A stretch of 32,000 nt of DNA, from NCBI RefSeq assembly GCF_900289195.1, contig NZ_OMOH01000002.1, forward strand, positions 1,206-33,205. The letters run 5' to 3'. The translations under genes were made by a program, and so were the position numbers. Under the pieces are notes generated by a model, which was given only the letters and a program-made list of their open reading frames with translations, was not told where the DNA came from and searched no databases. This DNA comes from Propionibacterium ruminifibrarum (GTDB lineage: Bacteria; Actinomycetota; Actinomycetes; Propionibacteriales; Propionibacteriaceae). Position 1 is the stretch's first letter, and each line of letters begins with the position of its first letter. This document shows positions 23,767-30,740 of this stretch, piece by piece.

Positions 23767-24495
23767 CTATTTTGTCGAGTTGGCCGGGTTAACGGGTCTG
23801 AGAACCGCAAACGGGTCCGTCACGCAGTACCTCGATGACCTAAATCTATAGGTCCGCGCGGGACGTCCACCACCGACCCCCGGCGTGGTGAGACGGCCTG
23901 TCGCGATGATCTGTCCGCGCCGGCTCAGGACGCGCCCCAGGTTGGTCGCGTCGACCTCGTAGCCGAGCACGTCGATGTACAGGTCGCGCAGCTGGGCGAG
24001 GGTGAACTCGACAGGGGCCAGGGCATAGGCGATGTTGGTGTACGACATCTTCGCCCGCACCCGGTCGAGCGCCTCGTCGACGATCCGGCGGTGGTCGAAG
24101 GCCATCTGGCCGAGCCGGGCCAGCGGCACCCACTGCCCCGCCGAGCCGGCGCCCGGCTCCACGTCGGGACCGACCAGCCCCACATAGGCCGTGGCGATGG
24201 TGCGCTCGAAGGGATCGCGCTCGGGGTCGGACAGTGTCACGAGCTGCTCGCAGTGACCGAGATCGGTCAGGTCGAGCTTGGTCGCCAGATGCCGCTCCAA
24301 GGCCGCGTCCATCGTCTCGCCGGCGTCGACCGGCCCGCTGGGCAACGCCAACTCGCCCGTGAAGGGCTCCCTGGTGCGGCGCCAGGTCAGCACCTGCAGC
24401 CGCTCCCGGCCCGGCGCCACGCGCAGGACCGCGGCGATGACCTCGTGGCGGAACTTGGCCACGCCACGACCATCCCGGAACGGCTCACTCGACAC
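23767..24495 (-). CDS. NrtR-like regulator: a Nudix domain with a degenerate Nudix box plus a C-terminal winged-helix domain
   Basis: The Nudix-box region GPVDAGETMDAALERHLATKLDL keeps G-x5-E-x7-R but lacks the catalytic REUxEE glutamates. The C-terminus YTNIAYALAPVEFTLAQLRDLYIDVLGYEVDATNLGRVL...GGRPARTYRF is the NrtR-type wHTH pattern. The start codon is GTG. Confidence 0.7.
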   Translation of the reverse strand: MSSEPFRDGRGVAKFRHEVIAAVLRVAPGRERLQVLTWRRTREPFTGELALPSGPVDAGETMDAALERHLATKLDLTDLGHCEQLVTLSDPERDPFERTIATAYVGLVGPDVEPGAGSAGQWVPLARLGQMAFDHRRIVDEALDRVRAKMSYTNIAYALAPVEFTLAQLRDLYIDVLGYEVDATNLGRVLSRRGQIIATGRLTTPGVGGGRPARTYRFRSSRYCVTDPFAVLRPVNPANSTK

Positions 24496-24604
24496 AGCAC
24501 GATGCTATCGCCCGCGCCGCCCGCTTCCACAGGGCCGCGTCGGCGCGGGCGAACGGCACCGAACCGCAGATCCCGACCGGAGGGACCGGGCGGCGGAGCC
24601 GGAC

Positions 24605-25993
24605 TCAGCAGCCGACCAGGCGGGTGGCCAGGTAGTCCCTCACCTGGGAGATCGCGATGCGCTCCTGCGTCATGCCGTCCCGTTCGCGCACCGTCACGGC
24701 GTCATCGTCGAGGCTGTCGAAGTCGACGGTCACGCAGTAGGGCGTGCCGATCTCGTCCTGGCGGCGGTAGCGCTTGCCGATGGCCTGGGCGTCGTCGAAG
24801 TCGATGTTCCAGTACCCACGCAGCTCATCGGCCAGCGAGCGGGCCTTGGGCGAGAGCCGCTCGTTGCGGCTCAGCGGAAGCACGGCCGCCTTGACCGGTG
24901 CCAGGCGCGGATCGAGCCGCAGGACGGTGCGCTTGTCGACCCCGCCCTTCGTGTTCGGCGCCTCGTCCTCCGTGTAGGCGTCGACGAGGAATGCCATGAG
25001 GGAGCGGGTCAGGCCGGCCGAGGGCTCGATGACATAGGGCAGGTAGTGCTCGTTCCTGGCCTGGTCGAAGTAGGTCAGGTCGGCGCCCGAGTGCTTGGCG
25101 TGCGTCCCCAGGTCGAAATCGGTGCGGTTGGCGATGCCCTCGAGCTCGCCCCAGTCACCGCCTGCGAAGCCGAACCTGTACTCGATGTCGACGGTCCGCT
25201 TGGAGTAGTGCGAGAGCTTCTCGGCGGGGTGCTCGTAGAACCGCAGGTTCTCGTCGGCGATCCCCAGGCCGGTGTACCACGCCCTGCGATGATCGATCCA
25301 GTACTGGTGCCACTCCTCGTCGGTGCCCGGCTCGACGAAGAACTCCAGCTCCATCTGCTCGAACTCGCGGGTGCGGAAGATGAAGTTCCCGGGCGTGATC
25401 TCGTTGCGGAAGCTCTTCCCGGTCTGCGCGACACCGAACGGGGGCTTCATGCGCGTGGTGTTGAGGATGTTCTTGAAGTTGATGAAGATGCCCTGGGCCG
25501 TCTCCGGGCGAAGGTAGTGCAGCCCGGACTCGTCCTGGACCGGCCCCAGATAGGTCTTGAGCATCATGTTGAAGTCACGCGGCTCGGTGTACTGGCCCCT
25601 CGTCCCGCAGTTGGGGCAGGGCACCTCGGCGAGATCGACCGAGTCCGGGTCGGCGATGTCCTTGCGGTTCGCGTACTCCTCCTGAAGCTGGTCCGCGCGG
25701 AACCGCTTGTGACAGCTGAGACACTCGACGAGGGGATCGTTGAAGACGGCGACATGACCAGAGGCGACCCACGCCTGCGAGGGCAGGATGACGGAGGAGT
25801 CCAGACCCACCACGTCGCCGCGGCTGGTGACCGTGGAGCGCCACCACTGACGCTTGATGTTCTCCTTGAGCTCGACGCCCAGGGGGCCGTAGTCCCATGC
25901 CGCGCGGGTACCGCCGTAGATCTCACCGCACGGGAAGACGAATCCACGCCGCTTGCACAGGCCGATGACCTTGTCGAGTTTGCTCTCTGCCAC
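24605..25993 (-). CDS. glyQS: glycine--tRNA ligase (dimeric class II)
   Basis: From GTG 25993 (AGGAG 6 nt upstream): [48 protein letters not shown]. Also [25 protein letters not shown] and [10 protein letters not shown]. 462 aa. Confidence 0.95.
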   Translation of the reverse strand: MAESKLDKVIGLCKRRGFVFPCGEIYGGTRAAWDYGPLGVELKENIKRQWWRSTVTSRGDVVGLDSSVILPSQAWVASGHVAVFNDPLVECLSCHKRFRADQLQEEYANRKDIADPDSVDLAEVPCPNCGTRGQYTEPRDFNMMLKTYLGPVQDESGLHYLRPETAQGIFINFKNILNTTRMKPPFGVAQTGKSFRNEITPGNFIFRTREFEQMELEFFVEPGTDEEWHQYWIDHRRAWYTGLGIADENLRFYEHPAEKLSHYSKRTVDIEYRFGFAGGDWGELEGIANRTDFDLGTHAKHSGADLTYFDQARNEHYLPYVIEPSAGLTRSLMAFLVDAYTEDEAPNTKGGVDKRTVLRLDPRLAPVKAAVLPLSRNERLSPKARSLADELRGYWNIDFDDAQAIGKRYRRQDEIGTPYCVTVDFDSLDDDAVTVRERDGMTQERIAISQVRDYLATRLVGC

Positions 25994-26185
25994 TGATGGC
26001 TCCTTCGTCACGCCGGATGTCCCGGCTACGGGCCGATACCTGGCTGGCACCGGCTGCGGGCCCACGGGCCCCGACCCATCATGCCCGAAGCATGCCCGCC
26101 ACCATGTCGGCGCGCCGCTGCGCGGACATCCGAGTCACGGGCCGCGGGCGGTGCGAGGCGCGAAGCTGAGGACAACCTCAGTTTT

Positions 26186-26200
26186 TGCGAATCATTTGCA
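26186..26200. promoter_or_regulatory. Zur-box-like palindrome upstream of znuA
   Basis: TGCGAATCATTTGCA is a 7-1-7 palindrome with one mismatched pair. It shares the AATCATT core with actinobacterial Zur boxes (TGAAAATCATTTTCA type). It lies 32-46 nt upstream of the znuA ATG, in an operon that ends with a Fur-family gene. Confidence 0.55.
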
Positions 26201-26231
26201 TTTCTGTGACCATCGTCTCAGAATGGTTCTC

Positions 26232-27194
26232 ATGAAAGACCGACTCCTGCGTGCTCCCCGCCATGCCGTCGCCGCCGCCCTGGCCTGTGCCCTTGCCCTG
26301 ACCGGCTGTTCCTCGGGCTCGTCGGGGGCGGACACCGACACGGTGGACGTGGTCGCGGCCTTCTACCCGTTCCAGTTCGTCGCAGAGCGGGTCGGCGGCG
26401 AGCACGTGCACGTCTCCAACCTGACCCAGCCCGGCGCCGAGCCGCACGAGCTGGAACTCACCGCCCAGCAGATCGCCTCGATCGGCCAGGCCGACCTCGT
26501 GCTCTACCAGACCGGGTTCCAGGCCGCGGTCGACGAGGCCATTGCGCAGAACACGCCGAGGGGCGCGATCGACGTGGCGTCGATCGTCACCCTCCAGGAC
26601 CCGGCCGGGTCCATCGACCTGACCGACGGCGAGGAGGACTCCGAGGGTGAGCACGACGAGGACGGGGACGAGTTCACCAAGGATCCCCATGAGTGGCTCG
26701 ACCCGCAGAACATGATCACGATCACGAACGCGGTGCGTGACAGGCTCAGCGAGCTGGACGCCGACCATGCCGACCAGTACGCGTCGAACGCCGAGACGCT
26801 CGTCGAGCAGCTCCAGCAGCTCGACTCCGACTACTCGACGCTCAGCAGCTGCCAGCAGAAGAGCTTCGTGACGACGCATGCGGCCTTCGGCTACCTCGCC
26901 ACTCGCTACGGCCTCAACCAGATCAGCATCGCCGGGCTGTCCCCCGACGAGGAGCCGTCGCCCGCACGTATCGCAGCAGTGCAGCAGCTGGCCAGGGAGA
27001 ACGGCGTGACGACGATCTTCTACGAGACCCTCGTCTCGGACAAGGTGGCCAGTTCCATCGCGGGTGATCTCGGATTGACCACCGACGTCCTCGACCCCCT
27101 CGAGGGCATTACCGACGAGTCGAGGGGCAGTGATTACATCGAGGTCATGCGGTCGAATCTGGCCGCCCTCGAGACGGCCAACCAGTGCGGCTGA
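26232..27194 (+). CDS. znuA: zinc (metal) ABC transporter substrate-binding lipoprotein
   Basis: The signal peptide has the lipobox LALTGC. Cluster-9 SBP motifs are present (AEPHELELT, DPHEWLDP, FVTTHAAFGYL), along with an acidic/His loop, DGEEDSEGEHDEDGDE, typical of ZnuA. An alternative start is ATG 26224. Confidence 0.85.
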   Translation: MKDRLLRAPRHAVAAALACALALTGCSSGSSGADTDTVDVVAAFYPFQFVAERVGGEHVHVSNLTQPGAEPHELELTAQQIASIGQADLVLYQTGFQAAVDEAIAQNTPRGAIDVASIVTLQDPAGSIDLTDGEEDSEGEHDEDGDEFTKDPHEWLDPQNMITITNAVRDRLSELDADHADQYASNAETLVEQLQQLDSDYSTLSSCQQKSFVTTHAAFGYLATRYGLNQISIAGLSPDEEPSPARIAAVQQLARENGVTTIFYETLVSDKVASSIAGDLGLTTDVLDPLEGITDESRGSDYIEVMRSNLAALETANQCG

Positions 27195-27215
27195 CGTTTC
27201 CCGCGTCGCCCGCTC

Positions 27216-27260
27216 CGTCGTGCGTTGGCGCCCGCCCCTGGCGGGCGCCAACGCACGACG
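27216..27260 (+). other. intercistronic perfect 21-bp stem-loop between znuA and znuC (attenuator or mRNA-stabilising hairpin candidate)
   Basis: CGTCGTGCGTTGGCGCCCGCC (27216-27236), loop CCT, GGCGGGCGCCAACGCACGACG (27240-27260). There are no mismatches. Confidence 0.6.
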
Positions 27261-27317
27261 CGCATCCAGCCGACCGGCCGGCACCGGACCCACGGCAACA
27301 GCAGGAAGAAGAGCACC

Positions 27318-28109
27318 ATGACCATCGGAAGCGAGGACGTCCTGGCCTGTCGTGACCTGTGCGTCAGCCTGGGCGGGCACCAGATTCTCGTCGACATCGA
27401 CATGCAGGTGCGCCGGGCCGAGGCGGTCGCCCTGCTCGGCGCCAACGGCTCGGGCAAGTCGACCCTGGTCAAGGCGTTGCTCGGGCTCGTACCCATCAGT
27501 GCCGGTACCGTCTGGCTGTTCGGCGAGCCGTTGTCCCGGTTCACTCAGTGGCAGCGCATCGGTTACGTGCCGCAACGGGGGCAGTCCTCGGTGGCGAACG
27601 CGACCGTCCGCGAGATCGTGTCCACCGGCCGCCTCGCCCATCGCCGAGCATTCCGCCGGCTGAGCGCGACTGACCGGGCAGTCATCGACGAGTCCCTGGA
27701 ACGCGTCGGCCTGTCGGCGCGGGCCAAGGACCCGATCGGCATCCTCTCCGGCGGTCAGCAGCAGCGGGCGCTCCTCGCGCGAGCCCTGGCCAGCCAGGCC
27801 GAGCTCCTGGTGATGGACGAGCCCCTGGCCGCCCTCGATCTCGACACCCAGAAGAGCCTCACGGAATTGTTCGGCACCCTCACATCGGACGGCCTGTCGA
27901 TCCTGGTCGTCCTGCACGGACTGGGGCCGATGGCCCAGATCATCGACCGCTGCGTCATGCTCCGCACCGGTCACAAGGTCTACGACGGCCCGCTCGAGCC
28001 GAGTGATGCCAATGGAACCGGCGGTCACCACCGCGCCGCGCCCGGGCCCGAACCCTATCTGCCCGATCCAGGGCTCGTGAGACCACTCGACACCGGAGAG
28101 GGACACTGA
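27318..28109 (+). CDS. znuC: zinc/metal ABC transporter ATP-binding protein
   Basis: Walker A GANGSGKST, signature LSGGQQQR, Walker B LLVMDEP. Confidence 0.9.
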   Translation: MTIGSEDVLACRDLCVSLGGHQILVDIDMQVRRAEAVALLGANGSGKSTLVKALLGLVPISAGTVWLFGEPLSRFTQWQRIGYVPQRGQSSVANATVREIVSTGRLAHRRAFRRLSATDRAVIDESLERVGLSARAKDPIGILSGGQQQRALLARALASQAELLVMDEPLAALDLDTQKSLTELFGTLTSDGLSILVVLHGLGPMAQIIDRCVMLRTGHKVYDGPLEPSDANGTGGHHRAAPGPEPYLPDPGLVRPLDTGEGH

Positions 28110-28110
28110 C

Positions 28111-29067
28111 ATGTCGATCTTCGCCCTCGCGTTCATGCAGCGGGCACTCGTCGCAGCGCTGCTCTCCGGCATCATGAGCCCGGCCGTCGGCACGTACATC
28201 GTCCAACGGCGCCTGTCACTGCTCGGTGACGGTCTCGGCCACGTCGCCATCGCCGGCGTCGGCCTGGCACTGATCACCGGCTGGGCCCCCACCCCCGTGG
28301 CCATCGTCGTCTGCGTCATCGGCGCCGTGGCGATCGAGCTGGCTCGTCAGAGCGGCCGGGCCCCAGCCGATGTGGGCCTGGCGATCCTGTTCTACGGCGG
28401 GCTCGCCGCCGGCGTCCTCATGGCCGGGATCTCGGGCAAGGGCTCCGGTGTGCTCTCGCAGTACCTCTTCGGTTCGCTGACGACGGTGAGCGCCTCGGAT
28501 GTCATCGTCGTGGCTGCCATGACACTCGTCATCGTGACGCTCTGCCTCGGTCTGGCGCCTCAGCTCTTCGCCGTCTGCGCCGACGAGGAGTACGCCCGGA
28601 GCCAGGGGCTACCGGTGCGAGCGCTGGAACTGTGCATCGTCGTCATGGCGTCGGTGGCCGTCGCAGTGTCGATGCGCACCGTCGGGCTCCTCCTGGTGAG
28701 TGCCATGATGGTCGTTCCGGTCGCGGCCGCGAACAACCTGGTGACCGGCTTCAGACGCTCATTGACGGTGGCTATGGGCATCGGTCTGGCGGTCAGCGCG
28801 GTCGGCGTCATCGGCTCCTTCTACTGGAACACGGCGCCCGGCGCGACGATCGTCGTGAGCGCCATCGTCGTCTTCATGGTCAGCACGCCGATCGGGACGC
28901 TGTTGCGTCGCAGGAGGTCGCTGACGAGCGAGGATGACCCTATAGTGAGAGCTGCAGGTGGGCACGTCCGCACCGAAGGCACCACCCCCGCCACCGACCG
29001 CGGTTCCTCGGAGCAGCTGCCCGACTTCCCGATATCGCAGATGGAGAGAAAGGCCGATGAGCGCTGA
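28111..29067 (+). CDS. znuB: zinc/metal ABC transporter permease
   Basis: MSIFALAFMQRALVAALLSGIMSPAVGTYIVQRRLSLLGDGLGHVAIAGV... is the typical ZnuB/MntB family N-terminus, with 8-9 TM helices. It carries about 45 extra hydrophilic C-terminal residues. Confidence 0.9.
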   Translation: MSIFALAFMQRALVAALLSGIMSPAVGTYIVQRRLSLLGDGLGHVAIAGVGLALITGWAPTPVAIVVCVIGAVAIELARQSGRAPADVGLAILFYGGLAAGVLMAGISGKGSGVLSQYLFGSLTTVSASDVIVVAAMTLVIVTLCLGLAPQLFAVCADEEYARSQGLPVRALELCIVVMASVAVAVSMRTVGLLLVSAMMVVPVAAANNLVTGFRRSLTVAMGIGLAVSAVGVIGSFYWNTAPGATIVVSAIVVFMVSTPIGTLLRRRRSLTSEDDPIVRAAGGHVRTEGTTPATDRGSSEQLPDFPISQMERKADER

Positions 29068-29497
29068 GAAGTCCACGTCGCAGGACACCAAGACGCCCCC
29101 GCGCAACACGCGTCAGCGCCGGCTCATCAAGCAGACCCTCGGCGAAGGACGGGATTTCAGGACCGCCCAGCAGCTGCACGCCGAGCTGGTCATGGCAGGC
29201 GAGCACGCCTCCCTGGCCACCGTCTACCGCGTCCTGAACTCGCTGGCCGACAACGGCGAGGCCGACACATGGCGCACGCCGGAGGGCGAGATGGCCTACC
29301 GGCGCTGCCTGACGATCCGCCACCACCACCACCTGATCTGCCGCACCTGCGGGCGCACCGTCGAGATCAGCGGCGGCCCGGCCGAGAAATGGGCCGAGGC
29401 GATCGCCGCCGAGCACGGTTTCACCAGCCCCGAGCACCATGTCGAGATCTTCGGCACCTGCCCCGACTGCACCGCCCAGGATCCCGAGAACACCTGA
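29057..29497 (+). CDS. zur: Fur-family zinc uptake regulator
   Basis: 146 aa: NTRQRRLIKQTL..., SLATVYRVLNSLADNG, HHHHLICRTCGRTVEI, FGTCPDC (two CxxC pairs). The start overlaps the znuB 3' end by 11 nt. Confidence 0.85.
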   Translation: MSAEKSTSQDTKTPPRNTRQRRLIKQTLGEGRDFRTAQQLHAELVMAGEHASLATVYRVLNSLADNGEADTWRTPEGEMAYRRCLTIRHHHHLICRTCGRTVEISGGPAEKWAEAIAAEHGFTSPEHHVEIFGTCPDCTAQDPENT

Positions 29498-29511
29498 CCC
29501 GCTGACCGCCC

Positions 29512-29543
29512 CCGCACGGGGCAGGGAGCCCCTCGCGGTGCGG
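29512..29543 (+). terminator. compound stem-loop terminator candidate after zur
   Basis: CCGCAC-GGGGC-AGGGA-GCCCC-(TCGCG)-GTGCGG, starting 15 nt after the zur stop. Confidence 0.5.
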
Positions 29544-29630
29544 ATCACCCCATGACCGAGCGCCTTCGCCGGGCCCGAGCGTTCCCGGCCCGGCGGGCAG
29601 GCGATATGATTTGCACAACAGAACACATCA

Positions 29631-29715
29631 CCTTTGCGAGGGAAGCCGGTGAGAAACCGGCACTGACGCGCAGCCGTGAGCCAGCTCAACGCTGGCGAGT
29701 CGGAATGCTCGCTCT
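29631..29715 (+). promoter_or_regulatory. compact cobalamin (B12) riboswitch-like aptamer
   Basis: GCGAG-GGAAGCCGGTGAGAAACCGGCACTGACGCGCAGCCGTGAGCC-AGCTCAACGCTGG-CGAGTCGGAATG-CTCGC. The core matches the E. coli btuB leader (AGGGAATCCAGTGCGAATCTGGAGCTGACGCGCAGCGGTAAGG). A B12-box-like AGTCGGAATGCTCGC has a 3' end (CTCGC) that pairs with the 5' GCGAG, covarying relative to the usual CCTGCC/GGCAGG. A -10-like TATGAT lies at 29605-29610. Confidence 0.65.
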
Positions 29716-29795
29716 GGTGATCAAACCTTCTACCGCTGTCGCGAATGCACCGGTGACCGTGATGTCACCGTGCTCTGCAGCGAAAGGATGACATC

Positions 29796-30695
29796 ATGAG
29801 CGCCACGAGCTGGCACATTGAACAGCCCCGTGGGGGCGAATCGGGTTCGACACCCCTCCTTCATCTTCTGCCCTCCACCCAGATGACCCCCCGCCTGGAC
29901 ACCTACCTCCACGTATGGCTCGCCACACGCGCCGGCTCCGTCGCCGACAAGACCCTCCGCACCGATCAGGACCTGCTCCGCCTCATCCCGCAGTCCTACC
30001 TGAGTCAGGACCCCCGCGCCCTCACCCAGCCGGCCGTGAGCAGGCTGCTCGCGCGGTTCCGCTCGCGGGGACTCAGTGAACTCTCGGTTCGTCGTTACCG
30101 CGCCAGCCTGTCGTCGTTCTTCAGCTGGCTGCGGGCTCAGGGAGTCATCGACGACTCCCCCATGCCCCAGCAGCCGACGCGCCAGCCGGTCAAGCAGGCC
30201 ACCTCCGCGATGCCGTTCACGGCGCCCGAGTTGCACGCCGCGTTCCGGCTGTGGCAGGCAAGGGATCGCCGGCTGGCACTGGTCATGCTCGTCCTGGCCC
30301 ACACCGGCCTGCGCTGGGCCGAGGCTCGCGCCCTGCTCGTCTCGGACGTGCACCTGCGCGAGGGCTGTCTGGTCGTCCGCCGGTCCATGCCCGAGGGCGT
30401 GAGCACTCGGGAGTTCGGTCCCGAGCTGATCCGCCGCGTGCCGCTGTCGAAGTGCGCGACTCGTGCGCTGGCCGAGCTCGTTGCCGGCTCCCGCCCGGAC
30501 CAGCTGGCCATGACCACCGACCGCGGCTGCCAGCTGCACCGCACCTCGGTGCTTCGCGCGCTCGACTGGCCGCACACCGGGCAGGGCCGCCGCCTCGTCG
30601 ACCTGCGCCACACCGCCGCACAGCTGTGGCTCGATTGCGGCCACTCCCCCGCTCAGGTCCGCACCTGGATGGGGCACAGCCTCATCACCGGGTAA
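29796..30695 (+). CDS. tyrosine-recombinase/integrase-like protein, C-terminally truncated (no catalytic Tyr); possibly a pseudogene
   Basis: There is a SAM-like N-domain (LDTYLHVWLATRAGSVADKTLRTDQDLLRL; SVRRYRASLSSFFSWLRAQGVI). Box I is LAHTGLRWAEARAL. Box II is VDLRHTAAQLWLDCGHSPAQVRTWMGHSLITG-stop. The usual HxLRH first His is Val. The ORF ends 5 codons after GHS, and no Tyr codon exists in any + frame before the convergent MFS gene. An alternative start is ATG 29883 (MTPRLD), since the first 29 codons have weaker GC3. Confidence 0.7.
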   Translation: MSATSWHIEQPRGGESGSTPLLHLLPSTQMTPRLDTYLHVWLATRAGSVADKTLRTDQDLLRLIPQSYLSQDPRALTQPAVSRLLARFRSRGLSELSVRRYRASLSSFFSWLRAQGVIDDSPMPQQPTRQPVKQATSAMPFTAPELHAAFRLWQARDRRLALVMLVLAHTGLRWAEARALLVSDVHLREGCLVVRRSMPEGVSTREFGPELIRRVPLSKCATRALAELVAGSRPDQLAMTTDRGCQLHRTSVLRALDWPHTGQGRRLVDLRHTAAQLWLDCGHSPAQVRTWMGHSLITG

Positions 30696-30740
30696 TCGCC
30701 TCGGCACGGGTGCCGGCGCGCCGAGCGGGTCGGCGCCCGG

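Noticed and set aside
25994-26165. Possible T-box leader upstream of glyQS
   Set aside because: The minus-strand leader lacks the T-box consensus (AGGGUGGNACCGCG), specifier-loop features and a terminator/antiterminator pair. GGTGGCGGGC at about 26095 is only a superficial resemblance.
26178-28319. 713-aa ORF on the minus strand opposite znuA/znuC/znuB
   Set aside because: It is antisense to the whole znu operon and crosses two intergenic regions, including the 21-bp hairpin, so it is a shadow ORF.
29552-29791. 79-aa ORF covering the riboswitch region
   Set aside because: It coincides with a sequence that is better explained as a cobalamin riboswitch plus expression platform, and it has no coding-type third-position bias.
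5711-30695. Idea that tRNA-Asn is the attachment site of an element belonging to the integrase at 29.8 kb
   Set aside because: They are 24 kb apart with core housekeeping genes (dnaG, rib, dgt, sdh, glyQS) in between. The tRNA 3' end faces the other way (towards lower coordinates). I saw no repeat of the tRNA 3' segment near the integrase.
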